A stretch of 59,936 nt of DNA from Pseudomonadota bacterium (GCA_021801465.1 JAJYXY010000052.1:1-59936), one strand, 5' to 3'. Positions 31,374-41,773 are shown, numbered from the stretch's first letter. The notes: generated by a model not told the origin, from the sequence alone. A program made the numbers and translations.

Positions 31374-31991
31374 TCAACGCGAAGAGGCCGGCGCGCCAAG
31401 CCAGTCTTGCCCAAGAGTTTGGCGCAGAAACCCGAGCAGCGGTAAAAGCGGCAAGCCAAGAACGCTGAAATAATCGCCCTCGATCGCTTCGAACAGCTGA
31501 ATCCCAGGGCCCTCGAGGCGATACGCGCCGACCGAAGATAAAAGAATGTCACCTTCGGCTGCGAGATAGGTCTCGATCATCGCCTCGCTAAGCGGGCGCA
31601 TGCGCAGGCGTGGGCGGGCGAGATGCTGCCAGCGAAAAGCGCCGCCAGCGGCACAATAAACCGCCGTCACCAATTCATGCCAGCCCCCCGCGAGGCGCCG
31701 CAGCTGCGCCCGCGCCGCTTCCCGATCAGCGGGCTTGTCGAACCATTCCCCATCGCGGACGAGAATCTGATCGGCGCCGATCACCACCGCCTCTGGCTGC
31801 AGGCGCGAGACGCGCACCGCCTTCATCTCAGCGAGCAGCATGGCGGTATCGGCGGCGCTGACATTTTCCGCCCGCGCAGCACGTTTGACCTCGGTCTCGT
31901 CGATCGCGACCGGAACCACGCGATGGGCAACCGCTGCCGCCTCCAGCAAGGCCCGGCGCGCGCGCGAGGCGCTGGCGAGAACGAGGGTCAC
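31374..31991 (-). CDS. maf: Maf family nucleotide pyrophosphatase
   Basis: [41 protein letters not shown]. Confidence 0.93.
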   Translation of the reverse strand: MTLVLASASRARRALLEAAAVAHRVVPVAIDETEVKRAARAENVSAADTAMLLAEMKAVRVSRLQPEAVVIGADQILVRDGEWFDKPADREAARAQLRRLAGGWHELVTAVYCAAGGAFRWQHLARPRLRMRPLSEAMIETYLAAEGDILLSSVGAYRLEGPGIQLFEAIEGDYFSVLGLPLLPLLGFLRQTLGQDWLGAPASSR

Positions 31992-32881
31992 GCGCTGCTG
32001 CCCGGTGCTGGACTTTGCGCTAGACTTGCCGCGGTTTTATCGTCCTTTCGCCGTCTTGCGTGCCATTCTTCCATGCGTTGCAAGACCGCAGCCGCCGTCT
32101 CCTCGATCGAACGGCGGGTGACTTCGATCACCGGCCAGCCATGCCGCGCGCAAAGCCGCCGCGCCCAGAGCAGCTCCGCCTTCACCGCCTCCTCATCGAT
32201 ATAGTCGCTCGCATCATGCCGCGCGAGACCGGGCGCGCCGATCAGGCGCAAACGATGGCGGCGAATTTCGATCAGCGCCTGCGCATCGATGGTCAAGCCA
32301 ATGATCGGGCAGGAAAGTGTCTCCAAAATCGCGGGGATCGGAAGATTTGGGACGAGCGGCACATTTGCCGCTTTCACCCCGCGATTGGCGAGATAAAACG
32401 CGGTCGGCGTCTTTGAGCTCCGTGACACACCGACGAGGCAGACATCCGCCTCGGTGAGGCCGGCCTCGGCTTGGCCATCATCATGGGCGAGAACATAATG
32501 CATAGCATCGATGCGGCGGAAATAATCGGCATCCAACACATATTGCCGCCCTGGCCGCGCGGTCGCGACCTCGCCGATCTGCTCTTGCAACAGAGAAATC
32601 ACCGGGTCGAGAACATTGACCACCGAGACCCCGAGCCGCTCACAAAAAAGATCGAGATCATGGCGAAGCGCGCGATCGACCAGTGTCGAGAGCACCGGCC
32701 CAGGCTCCGCCTCGATCCCCTCGAGCACACGATGGAGTTGCAGACGCGAACGAATCAGCGACCAGCGATGATAGATGATCTCGACCTGCTCGAATTGCGC
32801 AACCGTCGCGCGAGCGATCGCGTTCAGCGTCTCCCCCGTCGCGTCCGAAACCAGATGCAGGTTCATCCGATGGCTGACCAT
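31988..32881 (-). CDS. ppsR: Pyruvate phosphate dikinase/PEP synthase regulatory protein (DUF299)
   Basis: [41 protein letters not shown]. Confidence 0.92.
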   Translation of the reverse strand: MVSHRMNLHLVSDATGETLNAIARATVAQFEQVEIIYHRWSLIRSRLQLHRVLEGIEAEPGPVLSTLVDRALRHDLDLFCERLGVSVVNVLDPVISLLQEQIGEVATARPGRQYVLDADYFRRIDAMHYVLAHDDGQAEAGLTEADVCLVGVSRSSKTPTAFYLANRGVKAANVPLVPNLPIPAILETLSCPIIGLTIDAQALIEIRRHRLRLIGAPGLARHDASDYIDEEAVKAELLWARRLCARHGWPVIEVTRRSIEETAAAVLQRMEEWHARRRKDDKTAASLAQSPAPGSSA

Positions 32882-33188
32882 AAAAGCGAGGATAACGGGA
32901 ATAGCGGGGAAAACCACCCGTATCGCGCGCGCGAATTTGGTAAAGCGGGGATAAGTGTCGCGCAGCCCGTCGCTCGGGACATTTTTCCAAAGGTGCGTGG
33001 TAGATATCGGGAAAATCGCCGAAAGCGAAAACCCTTCAGCGCTTTGGCAGCCCGGCCTCGTGTGGAAAAACGTGCTTTTATGCCACGGTTTGCGTTAAAC
33101 CCCGTCATCCACAGGCTCTCTTAACCCCATCAGGTTTTCTTTTATCTCTCTTATGTTTAAGGGAGAGTGAAAACGAGCGAGGAATTGG
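32882..33188. other. Putative chromosomal replication origin (oriC)
   Basis: Lies between divergent DUF299 and hemE, the known position of Caulobacter Cori. DnaA-box-like TCATCCACA (33105-33113) and TGTGGAAAA (33061-33069); weak boxes CGGGGATAA (32946), CGGGGAAAA (32905), TTAACCCCA (33121); AT-rich tract 33134-33160. Confidence 0.75.
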
Positions 33189-34223
33189 GTGACAAAAAAA
33201 CTGATCGCGGTGTTGCGCGGGGAACCCTCATGGCCGCCGCCGGTCTGGCTGATGCGCCAGGCTGGCCGTTATTTGCCGGAATATCGCGCGCTGCGTGCCA
33301 AGGCGGGGGATTTCATCAGCCTCTGCACCAGCCCCGATCTGGCGGCCGAGGCCACTTTGCAGCCGGTGCAGCGTTTCGGCATGGATGGCGCGATTCTTTT
33401 CAGCGACATCCTGATCCTGCCCTGGGCGCTCGGCTATGGGCTTCGCTTCGCCGAGGGCGAAGGCCCGATCCTGCCGCGACTCACCTCGCAAGATATCGCG
33501 CGCCTCGATCCGACGCGGCTCGAACGGGCTTTGCAGCCGGTTTTGGAAGCGATCGCGCTGATCCGCTTGCGGCTTGGTGATCAGGCGGCGCTGATCGGCT
33601 TCGCCGGCGCCCCCTTCACCGTCGCCTGCTATATGGTCGAGGGTGGCGGGTCGAAGGATCACGTGCTGACACGCGCCATGGCCTATCGCTCGCCGCACGA
33701 CTTCGACCGCTTGATGACGATTTTGACGGAAGCAACGATCGCAAGCCTCTCTTTGCAGATCGAAGCCGGGGCGGAAGCGGTGATGCTGTTTGATAGTTGG
33801 GCCGGCATTCTCTCCCCCTCGCTCTTTCGCCGCTTCGTCGCCCTCCCCGCCGCGCGCATCAAGGCAGCCCTCGCGGCGCGCTTTCCCGCAATCCCCCTGA
33901 TCGGCTTTCCCCGTCTCGCCGGCGCGCTACTCGGGGTCTATGCCGAGATTAGTGGCGTCGATGCGGTGGGGATGGATACCGCGACCGACCCGGCCTTCGC
34001 GGCAAGCCTCGTCCCGGCGCCGACCGCCTTGCAGGGGAATCTCGATCCGGTGGCACTGCTCGCCGGCGGGGCGGCGATGACCGCGGAGGTCGCGCGGATC
34101 CTCGGCGCGCTGCGCGGGCGCGCCCATGTCTTTAATCTCGGCCATGGTATTTTGCCCGAAACCCCCCCCGCTCACGTCGCCGAGCTGCTCCAACTGATCC
34201 GCCGCGCCGATGGCGTGGCATGA
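33189..34223 (+). CDS. hemE: Uroporphyrinogen decarboxylase
   Basis: PVWLMRQAGRYLPEYR, ILFSDIL, LQGNLDP, FNLGHGI. Confidence 0.97.
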   Translation: MTKKLIAVLRGEPSWPPPVWLMRQAGRYLPEYRALRAKAGDFISLCTSPDLAAEATLQPVQRFGMDGAILFSDILILPWALGYGLRFAEGEGPILPRLTSQDIARLDPTRLERALQPVLEAIALIRLRLGDQAALIGFAGAPFTVACYMVEGGGSKDHVLTRAMAYRSPHDFDRLMTILTEATIASLSLQIEAGAEAVMLFDSWAGILSPSLFRRFVALPAARIKAALAARFPAIPLIGFPRLAGALLGVYAEISGVDAVGMDTATDPAFAASLVPAPTALQGNLDPVALLAGGAAMTAEVARILGALRGRAHVFNLGHGILPETPPAHVAELLQLIRRADGVA

Positions 34224-34268
34224 CCCCGCGCCTTGACGCCGGGTCTGATGGGCTTAACTGAACGCGGC

Positions 34269-35330
34269 ATGTCGGATCGGCAATTCCCTCGTACTGCGAT
34301 TGTTTTATTCAATCTCGGCGGGCCCGACCGGCCGGAGGCGGTGCGGCCGTTCTTGAAAAATCTTTTCACCGACCCCGCTATCCTCCGCGTGCCATTTTTC
34401 ATCCGCCCTTTTCTCGCGCGCTGGATCGCCCGCGCCCGCACCGGGCCGGCAAGCGCCAATTACGCCCTGATGGGGGGAAAATCGCCGCTTCTCCCGCTCA
34501 CCCAACGCCAGGCCAGCGCCCTTGCCGCGTGGTTTCCCGAGGAAAGCTGCCGCGTCTTCATCGCCATGCGCTATTGGCACCCGTTCAGCGCGGAAACTGC
34601 CCGCGCCGTCGCCGCCTGGAAGCCCGAGCGCGTGCTGCTTTTGCCGCTCTATCCGCAATTTTCTACCACCACCACCGCAAGCTCGCTTACCGCCTGGCGC
34701 GAGGCAGCGGCACGCGCCGGGCTGATCGCCGAAGTCACCACCCTCTGCTGCTGGGCCGAAGATCCTGGCTATATCAAGGCAACCGCCGCTTTGGTGGCCA
34801 AGACACTGGCCAAGGCCCGAACCGAAATCGCCCCCGGAACCCCGCTTCGTTTGCTATTTTCCGCCCACGGCCTGCCCGAGGTGATCGTAAAAGGCGGTGA
34901 CCCCTACCAAGCGCAGGTGGAAGCAACCGCGCGCGCCGTCGCCGCGATACTCGCAGACAAGAATCTCGACTGGTTGGTCTGCTATCAATCGCGCGCAACG
35001 CCGCAAAAATGGCTGGAGCCGAGCACCGAGGTAGAAATCGAACGCGCCGGGCGCGAAGGCGTGGCCCTCGTGGTCGCGCCCATCGCCTTCGTCTCTGAAC
35101 ATTCCGAAACCCTGGTCGAACTGGATATCGAATACGGGGAACTCGCGAAAAATTGCGGCGTGCCTGCCTATTTTCGTGTGCCGGCACAAAATGACGACCC
35201 AGGCTTCATCGCCGCCCTCGCTGACATCGCCCGCGGCGCGCTAAAACAAGGATTTGGCCTCTGTAGCCATCAGGGTGGTCGCATCTGCGCCGCACAGCAT
35301 CAGGACTGCCCGTTCGGAACCAGGCCATGA
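34269..35330 (+). CDS. hemH: Ferrochelatase
   Basis: NLGGP, AMRYWHP, LYPQFS, FSAHGLP, FVSEHSETLVELD; Cys-containing C-terminal tail. Confidence 0.96.
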   Translation: MSDRQFPRTAIVLFNLGGPDRPEAVRPFLKNLFTDPAILRVPFFIRPFLARWIARARTGPASANYALMGGKSPLLPLTQRQASALAAWFPEESCRVFIAMRYWHPFSAETARAVAAWKPERVLLLPLYPQFSTTTTASSLTAWREAAARAGLIAEVTTLCCWAEDPGYIKATAALVAKTLAKARTEIAPGTPLRLLFSAHGLPEVIVKGGDPYQAQVEATARAVAAILADKNLDWLVCYQSRATPQKWLEPSTEVEIERAGREGVALVVAPIAFVSEHSETLVELDIEYGELAKNCGVPAYFRVPAQNDDPGFIAALADIARGALKQGFGLCSHQGGRICAAQHQDCPFGTRP

Positions 35331-35776
35331 CCTTGCCATTTCTCACGATATTTTATCATTGGATCAAAGCGTTTCATGTGATGTCGGTGATCGCCTGGAT
35401 GGCGGGGATGTTCTATCTGCCACGGCTTTACGTCTATCACTGCACGACACCCCCGGGCTCGGAAGCCTCAGAACGCTTCAAAGTCATGGAGCGGCGGTTG
35501 TTCAAGCAAATCATCAATCCCGCCATGATCGCAACCTGGGGATTCGGTATCCTCCTGGTGCTTACGCCCGGCGTCATCGATTGGCACGCCGGCTGGTGGC
35601 ATGTGAAATTGCTCGCCGTCCTTCTGATGTCGGGATTTCACGGTGCCCTCTCGCGCTGGCGACGCGCCTTCCTCGCCGACCGAAATCAGAAAAGCGAGCG
35701 CTTCTTTCGTATCGCGAACGAAGTGCCGACGGTTCTCATGATCATCATCGTCATCATGGTAATCGTCAGACCATGA
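35327..35776 (+). CDS. hemJ: Protoporphyrinogen oxidase HemJ
   Basis: WIKAFH...WMAGMFYLPRLYVYH, MERRL, NEVPT. Confidence 0.96.
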   Translation: MTLPFLTIFYHWIKAFHVMSVIAWMAGMFYLPRLYVYHCTTPPGSEASERFKVMERRLFKQIINPAMIATWGFGILLVLTPGVIDWHAGWWHVKLLAVLLMSGFHGALSRWRRAFLADRNQKSERFFRIANEVPTVLMIIIVIMVIVRP

Positions 35777-35791
35777 AAAATGAGTAAGAAC

Positions 35792-35826
35792 GTTATTTTT
35801 TGAAAAAAAGAACCAAAAACCTTTAT
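35792..35826 (-). repeat. AT-rich hairpin repeat, copy B (inverted)
   Basis: Minus strand ATAAAGGTTTTTG-GTTCTTTTTTTCAAAAAATAAC. Confidence 0.88.
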
Positions 35827-35967
35827 CCAATAGAATTTTGGCTCGCTCGAACGTGGCTTGAACGTCACGCGGGGCCGCGGCAAAGTAAGAAAGAGTGAAG
35901 TTAGATCGAAATAGAAACTTAGACATTGAAAATTAAAAAAACTAAGAAGTTTAAGAGGTTATAGCAG

Positions 35968-36777
35968 ATGGGCCTGCGACGGCGAAGTTTGGTTTTGGCG
36001 AGTACAGGTCTGTTTCTTCCCGCCTTGGTCCGGGCAGCGATCGTCAGCCCGCCACAGCCCGGCGCTGACCTCCCAGTGCCTGAAAGCGGAAGTCTGAGGT
36101 TTCGTATCATGCGAAACGGCAACGTCATTGGAACGCACGGCCTTAGCTTTGCCCAAAAAGGCCGCACCGATCTCCCGCCGCCTGAGACAAAGCCGGCAAC
36201 CGCGGCGGGCACACCGCCGAAGCCCGAAAAGCCGGCCAAACCCGCCCCGCCAGCAATCCTCGGGCCGCTCACCGTGACTGTCGTCATCGATATCGCGGTC
36301 AAACTCGGGCCCATCCCCCTCTATCGCTACAATAACGAAAGTACCGAACATTGGGATGGCGATCGCTTGACAAATTTTGTTTCTGCAACAAATGATAACG
36401 GTGTGCATACGAAATTCATGGCTCATCGTGACGACGGAAAGCTCTGGATCGAAACCATCAAGCAAAAATACCTAGCGCCCGAGGATGCGATTCCGAGCAC
36501 CTATTGGAATCCGCACACGCTGACCGCGCCCTTATTCGACAATATCGATGGCAAATTGCTCCATGCTCGTTTCGATCGCATCGGGCCGGAAAGCATTTCA
36601 GCCGCCAATGGCGATCACCTCGATGCGATCCATTTCAATGCGAGTGGCGATCTTCACGTCGATCTATGGTACATGGAGGACAAGCCAAAGCCCGGGGAGA
36701 AGCCAGGGCCCCTTCATTGGGTGGGGCTGGCGCTGACCGGGTCGGATGGGTCTCGTATTATTTATGAGAAAATGTGA
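35968..36777 (+). CDS. Exported hypothetical protein (DUF6134-like) with a Pro/Lys-rich insertion
   Basis: RRRSLV Tat-like signal; FRIMRNGNVIGTH...VKLGPIPLYRY...EHW.G..L...TNDNG...PSTYWN. Confidence 0.7.
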   Translation: MGLRRRSLVLASTGLFLPALVRAAIVSPPQPGADLPVPESGSLRFRIMRNGNVIGTHGLSFAQKGRTDLPPPETKPATAAGTPPKPEKPAKPAPPAILGPLTVTVVIDIAVKLGPIPLYRYNNESTEHWDGDRLTNFVSATNDNGVHTKFMAHRDDGKLWIETIKQKYLAPEDAIPSTYWNPHTLTAPLFDNIDGKLLHARFDRIGPESISAANGDHLDAIHFNASGDLHVDLWYMEDKPKPGEKPGPLHWVGLALTGSDGSRIIYEKM

Positions 36778-37565
36778 TGGCGAACGATATACCTCTGCCG
36801 GTGCGATTGACCGAAGGTGTCGTTTGGATCACCGGCGCTTCTTCGGGTATTGGGCGCGAGCTCGCGCGGCGTTTGCTCGATGAGGGATGGACGGTTGCCC
36901 TCACCGCCCGACGCGAGCCGGAGCTGCAATCGCTCGCCCATCTTTATCCGCGTGAGCGTGTTCTTGTCGTTCCCGCCGATGTCATCGATGCGGCGGCGAT
37001 GGCGGCGGCGGCGGCGCGGATCGAGGCTGAAACTGGCCGCCCCATCGTGCTTGCCATCGCCAATGCGGGCATTTGGCAGCGGATGGGCATGAATGATTTC
37101 GATGTGGATGCCTTTCGTAATGTCATTGCGGTGAATGTGCTGGGCACGGCGAATATGCTTGCCGCTGTGCTGCCTTCGATGCGGGCGCGTCGGCGCGGCC
37201 AGATCGCTATCGTTGCCTCGGTTGCCGGCTATCTTGGTCTCCCGCGTGCCAGCGCCTATGGCGCGAGCAAGGCCGCGCTCATTCACATGGCGAGTTCGCT
37301 GCGTGCGGAGAGTGCGCAAAGCGGTATTTTGGTGCAGGTCATCAATCCCGGCTTCGTTGCAACGCCGATGACGGCGTCGAGCCGGGCCTCTCAACCCTTT
37401 GTCTTGAGCGCCGAGGAAGCGGCGGCGCGCATCCAGGTTGGGCTTAGCGCGACACGGTTTGAAATTGCCTTTCCCTGGCCTTTGGTTCTTGCGATGAAGC
37501 TCGCGAAGCTGTTGCCCTGGCCGATTTTCTTTCGCGCAATCCGCCTCGCGCCGCGCCGCAACTGA
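36777..37565 (+). CDS. Short-chain dehydrogenase/reductase
   Basis: WITGASSGIG, NAG, YGASK, PGFVATPMT; TGATG-coupled to the upstream gene. Confidence 0.92.
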   Translation: MANDIPLPVRLTEGVVWITGASSGIGRELARRLLDEGWTVALTARREPELQSLAHLYPRERVLVVPADVIDAAAMAAAAARIEAETGRPIVLAIANAGIWQRMGMNDFDVDAFRNVIAVNVLGTANMLAAVLPSMRARRRGQIAIVASVAGYLGLPRASAYGASKAALIHMASSLRAESAQSGILVQVINPGFVATPMTASSRASQPFVLSAEEAAARIQVGLSATRFEIAFPWPLVLAMKLAKLLPWPIFFRAIRLAPRRN

Positions 37566-37623
37566 TCCAATTCCCCGCCTAATTTCCCATACAGCGGGCA
37601 GTGCCGGAGGCACTGCCCAAAAG

Positions 37624-37656
37624 ATGAAAGTTTTTGGTTCTTTTTTCAAAAAGAAC
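37624..37656 (+). repeat. AT-rich hairpin repeat, copy C
   Basis: ATGAAAGTTTTTG-GTTCTTTTTTCAAAAAGAAC followed by a pyrimidine tract. Confidence 0.9.
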
Positions 37657-37695
37657 CCCTTTTCCCCCTTCTCTTTCTCTCTTCCCTTTCTCTCT

Positions 37696-38913
37696 TCAGT
37701 CTGTCGCGAACTGTGCTGCGATGCGGGTGGCGAGTTTGCTGGCGACGGCTTCCTTGCTCATGCGTGGCCAGGTTTCTGCCCCTGCTTCGGTCATGAGGAG
37801 CACGGCGTTGTCGGCGCCCCCCATGATACCGGTTGCGGGCGAGACGTCGTTGGCGACGATCCAGTCGCAGCCTTTGCGCGCGCGTTTGGCGCTGGCGTGG
37901 CTGGCGAGCTGTTCGGTTTCCGCAGCAAAGCCGATCACGAGGCGTGGTCGCTGCGCCCCGGGTGCGGCGAGTTCGGCGAGGATGTCGGGATTGGCGATGA
38001 GAGCGAGGGTTGGTGGGGCGCCGGCGGTTTTCTTGATTTTCTCGCGACCGGCCTCAGCGACGCGCCAATCGGCGACGGCGGCGGCGCAGACGGCGATGTC
38101 GGCGGGGAGGGCCGCGAAGACGGCGTCGCGCATTTCGGCGGCGGTTTCGACATGGCAGACGGTTATCCCCGGCGGGTCGGGGATGTTCACGGGTCCACTC
38201 ACCAACGTCACGCGTGCGCCGAGCGCGCTCAGGGCGGCGGCGATGGCGTGGCCTTGGCGGCCGGAGCTACGGTTGGCGATGTAGCGCACGGGGTCGATCG
38301 GCTCGTGTGTCGGGCCGCTGGTGACGATGGCGTGGCGTCCGGCGAGCGGCCCTAGGCGCGCGCCCGCAGGCGTGAGCAGGTCGGTGATCGCGGCGAGGAT
38401 GGCTGGCGGCTCGGCCAAACGCCCGGGGCCGAATTCGTGGCACGCCATGTCCCCTTCGTCGGGCCCGACGACATGAACGCCGCGCGCGGCTAGCGTTGCC
38501 ATATTCGCGCATGTCGCCGGGTGCTGCCACATGCGCACATTCATCGCCGGCGCGACCAGCACTTTCTTGTCGGTCGCAAGGAGGAGCGTGGTCGCGAGGT
38601 CATCGGCAAGACCGGCCGCCATGCGCGCAAGGATATGGGCGGTTGCCGGCGCGACCACCACGAGGTCGGCGGCGCGCGAGAGCTGGATATGGCCGATCTC
38701 GGCCTCGTCGGTGAGGGAGAAGAGATCCTGATAGACGGTATTTTCCGCGAGCGTCTGGACCGCGAGCTTGGTCACGAATTCCTCCCCGGCGCGGGTCAGA
38801 ACCGGCGTCACCGTGATCCCTTGGGCGCGCAGCAGGCGGATCAGAGCCAAGCTTTTATACGCGGCGATGCCGCCGGCGATGATGAGAAGAACCTTTTTTC
38901 CCGCAAGCGCCAT
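37696..38913 (-). CDS. coaBC: Phosphopantothenoylcysteine decarboxylase/ligase
   Basis: GGIAAYK, APATA, PAMNVRMW, GPTHEPIDPVRYIANRSSGRQG, GFAAET. Confidence 0.96.
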   Translation of the reverse strand: MALAGKKVLLIIAGGIAAYKSLALIRLLRAQGITVTPVLTRAGEEFVTKLAVQTLAENTVYQDLFSLTDEAEIGHIQLSRAADLVVVAPATAHILARMAAGLADDLATTLLLATDKKVLVAPAMNVRMWQHPATCANMATLAARGVHVVGPDEGDMACHEFGPGRLAEPPAILAAITDLLTPAGARLGPLAGRHAIVTSGPTHEPIDPVRYIANRSSGRQGHAIAAALSALGARVTLVSGPVNIPDPPGITVCHVETAAEMRDAVFAALPADIAVCAAAVADWRVAEAGREKIKKTAGAPPTLALIANPDILAELAAPGAQRPRLVIGFAAETEQLASHASAKRARKGCDWIVANDVSPATGIMGGADNAVLLMTEAGAETWPRMSKEAVASKLATRIAAQFATD

Positions 38914-39677
38914 CAAAGCCGCCAGCCGGAGTGGATGGCGACGATCCCGCCCGAGAGGTTTTCGACCTTGATCCGCGCGAAATGCGCACGGCGCATCATG
39001 TCAGCCAGTGTTTCCTGGTCGGGGAAAGTGCGGATGCTTTCGGCGAGATATTGGTAGCTCTCGGCGTCCTGCGCGACAAAGCCGCCGAGGCGCGGCAAGA
39101 CATTGAACGACCAGGCATCGTAGAGCGGGGCGAGGGCCGCGACCCGTACACGGCTGAATTCAAGACAGAAAAACCGCCCACCGGGGCGAAGCACGCGGAA
39201 TGCCTCGGCGAGCACGGCGTCTTTGTCGGTGCAGTTGCGCAGGCCGAAGGCGATCGAGACGCGGTCCACGGCGCGGTCGGGAAGCGGCAGCGCCTCGGCG
39301 TCGGCGATGAGGAAATCGAGCCCGCGCACGATCCCCCTCTCGCGGGCGCGTTTGCGCGCGACAGCCAGCATCGCGGGGTTGATATCCGAGAGGATTGCCC
39401 GCCCGCCGCCTCTGGCGAGCCAGCCGAAGCTGATATCGCCGGTGCCGCCGGCGAGATCGAGCAAGGTCGCCCCGGCGCGCGGGGCCAAGGCGTCGAGGAA
39501 AATGCGCTTCCAAAGGCGATGAATCCCAAGCGACATGAGATCGTTCATGAGATCGTAGCGCGGGGCGACGCTTTCGAAAACGGCGCGTACGAGCGGCTTT
39601 TTCTCATCGCGCGGGACGGCGCGGAAGCCGAAATCGGTGGTTTCGGCGGCGGGGTCTTGGGCGGGGCTGTTGCTCAT
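38913..39677 (-). CDS. ubiE: Ubiquinone/menaquinone C-methyltransferase
   Basis: VFESVAPRYDLMNDLMSLGIHRLWK, DLAGGTGDI, AFGLRN, YQYLAESIRTFP. Confidence 0.96.
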   Translation of the reverse strand: MSNSPAQDPAAETTDFGFRAVPRDEKKPLVRAVFESVAPRYDLMNDLMSLGIHRLWKRIFLDALAPRAGATLLDLAGGTGDISFGWLARGGGRAILSDINPAMLAVARKRARERGIVRGLDFLIADAEALPLPDRAVDRVSIAFGLRNCTDKDAVLAEAFRVLRPGGRFFCLEFSRVRVAALAPLYDAWSFNVLPRLGGFVAQDAESYQYLAESIRTFPDQETLADMMRRAHFARIKVENLSGGIVAIHSGWRL

Positions 39678-39707
39678 GGGAATTTCCTTATAGCCTGATT
39701 TCCGATC

Positions 39708-40550
39708 ATGCCGGAACTCCCCGAAGTTGAAACCGTGATGCGTGGCCTGGCTCGGCGGTTGCTTGGGCGGGTGATCACGCGGGCCGCGCTGCATCGCGGC
39801 GATCTCCGCCGCCCGGTGCCGGGCAGGCTCGTTCCGACCCTTACCGGCGGCGACGTGGTCGGGTTTCGGCGGCGCGGAAAATATATTTTAATGCGCCTGC
39901 GCGGCGGCGAGACCATGCTTTGGCATCTCGGCATGTCGGGCCGCGTTTTATTGACGGCGCCCGGGGCCAATGCGCCGCCGCCAGCGCATTGTCATCTCGA
40001 GCTTGAAACGGCGGAGGGCTGGCGGGTCGGCTTCATCGATCCGCGCCGCTTCGGCCTCGTCGATCTCGTTCCGACCGAGGGGGAGGAGGCACATCCGCTG
40101 CTCGCTGGGCTCGGGCCGGAGCCGCTCGGGGACGAGTTCACCGCGCCCGTGCTGGCGGCGTCGCTTGCTGGCCGGCGAAGCCCGATCAAGGTGGTGCTGC
40201 TCGATCAAAGGGTGGTCGCAGGCCTGGGCAATATCTATGTCTCGGAAGCGCTGTTTCGCGCCCGCCTCCACCCCGCGCGCTTGGCCGGGGAGATCCCGCG
40301 CGCCGGCACCACCCGCCTGGTCACGGCGATCCGCGAGACATTGGCCGAGGCGATTGCCGCGGGAGGCTCCTCTTTGCGCGATTACGTCCAGCCGGATGGC
40401 GAGCTCGGCTATTTCCAGCATGCCTGGCGGGTCTATGGTCGCGCTGGCGCGCCGTGCCCGGACTGTCCCGGCCCGCCGCGCTGCGCCGGGGTTGCGCGTT
40501 TCGTGCAAGCCGGGCGAAGCTCGTTCTATTGTCCGCGCCGGCAACGCTGA
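39708..40550 (+). CDS. mutM: Formamidopyrimidine-DNA glycosylase
   Basis: [27 protein letters not shown]-terminal zinc finger. Confidence 0.97.
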   Translation: MPELPEVETVMRGLARRLLGRVITRAALHRGDLRRPVPGRLVPTLTGGDVVGFRRRGKYILMRLRGGETMLWHLGMSGRVLLTAPGANAPPPAHCHLELETAEGWRVGFIDPRRFGLVDLVPTEGEEAHPLLAGLGPEPLGDEFTAPVLAASLAGRRSPIKVVLLDQRVVAGLGNIYVSEALFRARLHPARLAGEIPRAGTTRLVTAIRETLAEAIAAGGSSLRDYVQPDGELGYFQHAWRVYGRAGAPCPDCPGPPRCAGVARFVQAGRSSFYCPRRQR

Positions 40551-40571
40551 GAAGAAAGGGAGAGGCTCATC

Positions 40572-41369
40572 ATGGCACCAGAGATGATCGTCGTCGAAAC
40601 CGTGGGCAAGGCGGGGATCATTCGCCTCCACCGGCCGCAGGCGCTGAATGCGCTCTGCGACCAATTGATGGCCGAACTCGGGGCGCAGTTGCGCGCCTTC
40701 GACGCCGATGCGGCGATCGCGGCGATCATCGTAACCGGCTCGGAGAAGGCGTTCGCGGCGGGGGCGGATATCAAGGAAATGCAGCGGCGCCGCTACCCGA
40801 GCGTGGTGCGCGAGGATTTCATCGCCCCTTGGGAGATCATCACCACGGTGAAAAAACCGGTGATCGCGGCGGTCGCCGGGTTCGCCTTGGGCGGGGGATG
40901 CGAGCTCGCGATGATGTGCGACATCATCCTCGCCGCCGACACCGCAAAATTCGGTCAGCCGGAGATCAATCTCGGGGTTATCCCCGGCGCCGGCGGCACC
41001 CAGCGCCTGACGCGCGCGATCGGCAAGGCCAAGGCGATGGAAATGATCCTCACCGGGCGGATGATGGGCGCCGATGAGGCCGAACGCGCCAATCTCGTCG
41101 CCCGCGTCGTGCCCGCCGCCGATCTTATGGCCGAGGCGCTGAAGCTCGCCGAAAAACTGGCGGCGCTGTCGCCGGTCGCGCTGGTCGCTGCGAAACAGGC
41201 AGTCAACCGGGCGTTCGAAACCACACTCGGCGAAGGGGTGCGGGTAGAGCGCTCGCTGTTCCTGCCGCTGTTCGGCACGGCGGATCAGCGCGAGGGCATG
41301 GCCGCCTTCGTCGAAAAGCGCCAGCCGCGATTTTCCGGCTGGGACGGCGGCGATGATGGCAGCGCTTGA
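40572..41369 (+). CDS. Enoyl-CoA hydratase
   Basis: [37 protein letters not shown]. Confidence 0.94.
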   Translation: MAPEMIVVETVGKAGIIRLHRPQALNALCDQLMAELGAQLRAFDADAAIAAIIVTGSEKAFAAGADIKEMQRRRYPSVVREDFIAPWEIITTVKKPVIAAVAGFALGGGCELAMMCDIILAADTAKFGQPEINLGVIPGAGGTQRLTRAIGKAKAMEMILTGRMMGADEAERANLVARVVPAADLMAEALKLAEKLAALSPVALVAAKQAVNRAFETTLGEGVRVERSLFLPLFGTADQREGMAAFVEKRQPRFSGWDGGDDGSA

Positions 41370-41472
41370 CTCGGCTGGCGCCGCTTTCTAGAACGCGACA
41401 TCCCGACGCGGGCGGGGGCTCGCACGCGGGGTTTCCTCGCTCGTCCATTCGTTGCAAATTCACAGAGGGCCC

Positions 41473-41742
41473 ATGGCCAATACTGCCTCCGCGCGTAAGC
41501 GCATCCGCCAGATCGAACGCCGCACCGAGCGCAACCGCGCCCGTAAATCACGCGTGCGGACCTTCATTCGCGACGTCGAGGGGGCGATCGCCAGCGCCAA
41601 CAAGGACGAAGCGGTGGCGGCGCTGCGCCGTGCGCAACCCGAGCTACAGCGCGCGGCGGGGAAGGGCGTGGTGCCGAAAAACACCGTCGCCCGCAAAATC
41701 TCCCGCCTTTCCAAGCGGATCAAGGCGCTGTCGGCGCCGTAA
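41473..41742 (+). CDS. rpsT: 30S ribosomal protein S20
   Basis: [13 protein letters not shown]...[16 protein letters not shown]. Confidence 0.96.
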   Translation: MANTASARKRIRQIERRTERNRARKSRVRTFIRDVEGAIASANKDEAVAALRRAQPELQRAAGKGVVPKNTVARKISRLSKRIKALSAP

Positions 41743-41752
41743 GGCGCTTTCG

Positions 41753-41773
41753 GGCGGAAAAATTTTTTCCGCC
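41753..41773. terminator. Inverted repeat after rpsT
   Basis: GGCGGAAAAA-T-TTTTTCCGCC. Confidence 0.45.

Noticed and set aside
35777-35967. dif site or terminus in the AT-rich tract
   Set aside because: No XerC/XerD-type 28-bp site is visible and the gene context is origin-like.
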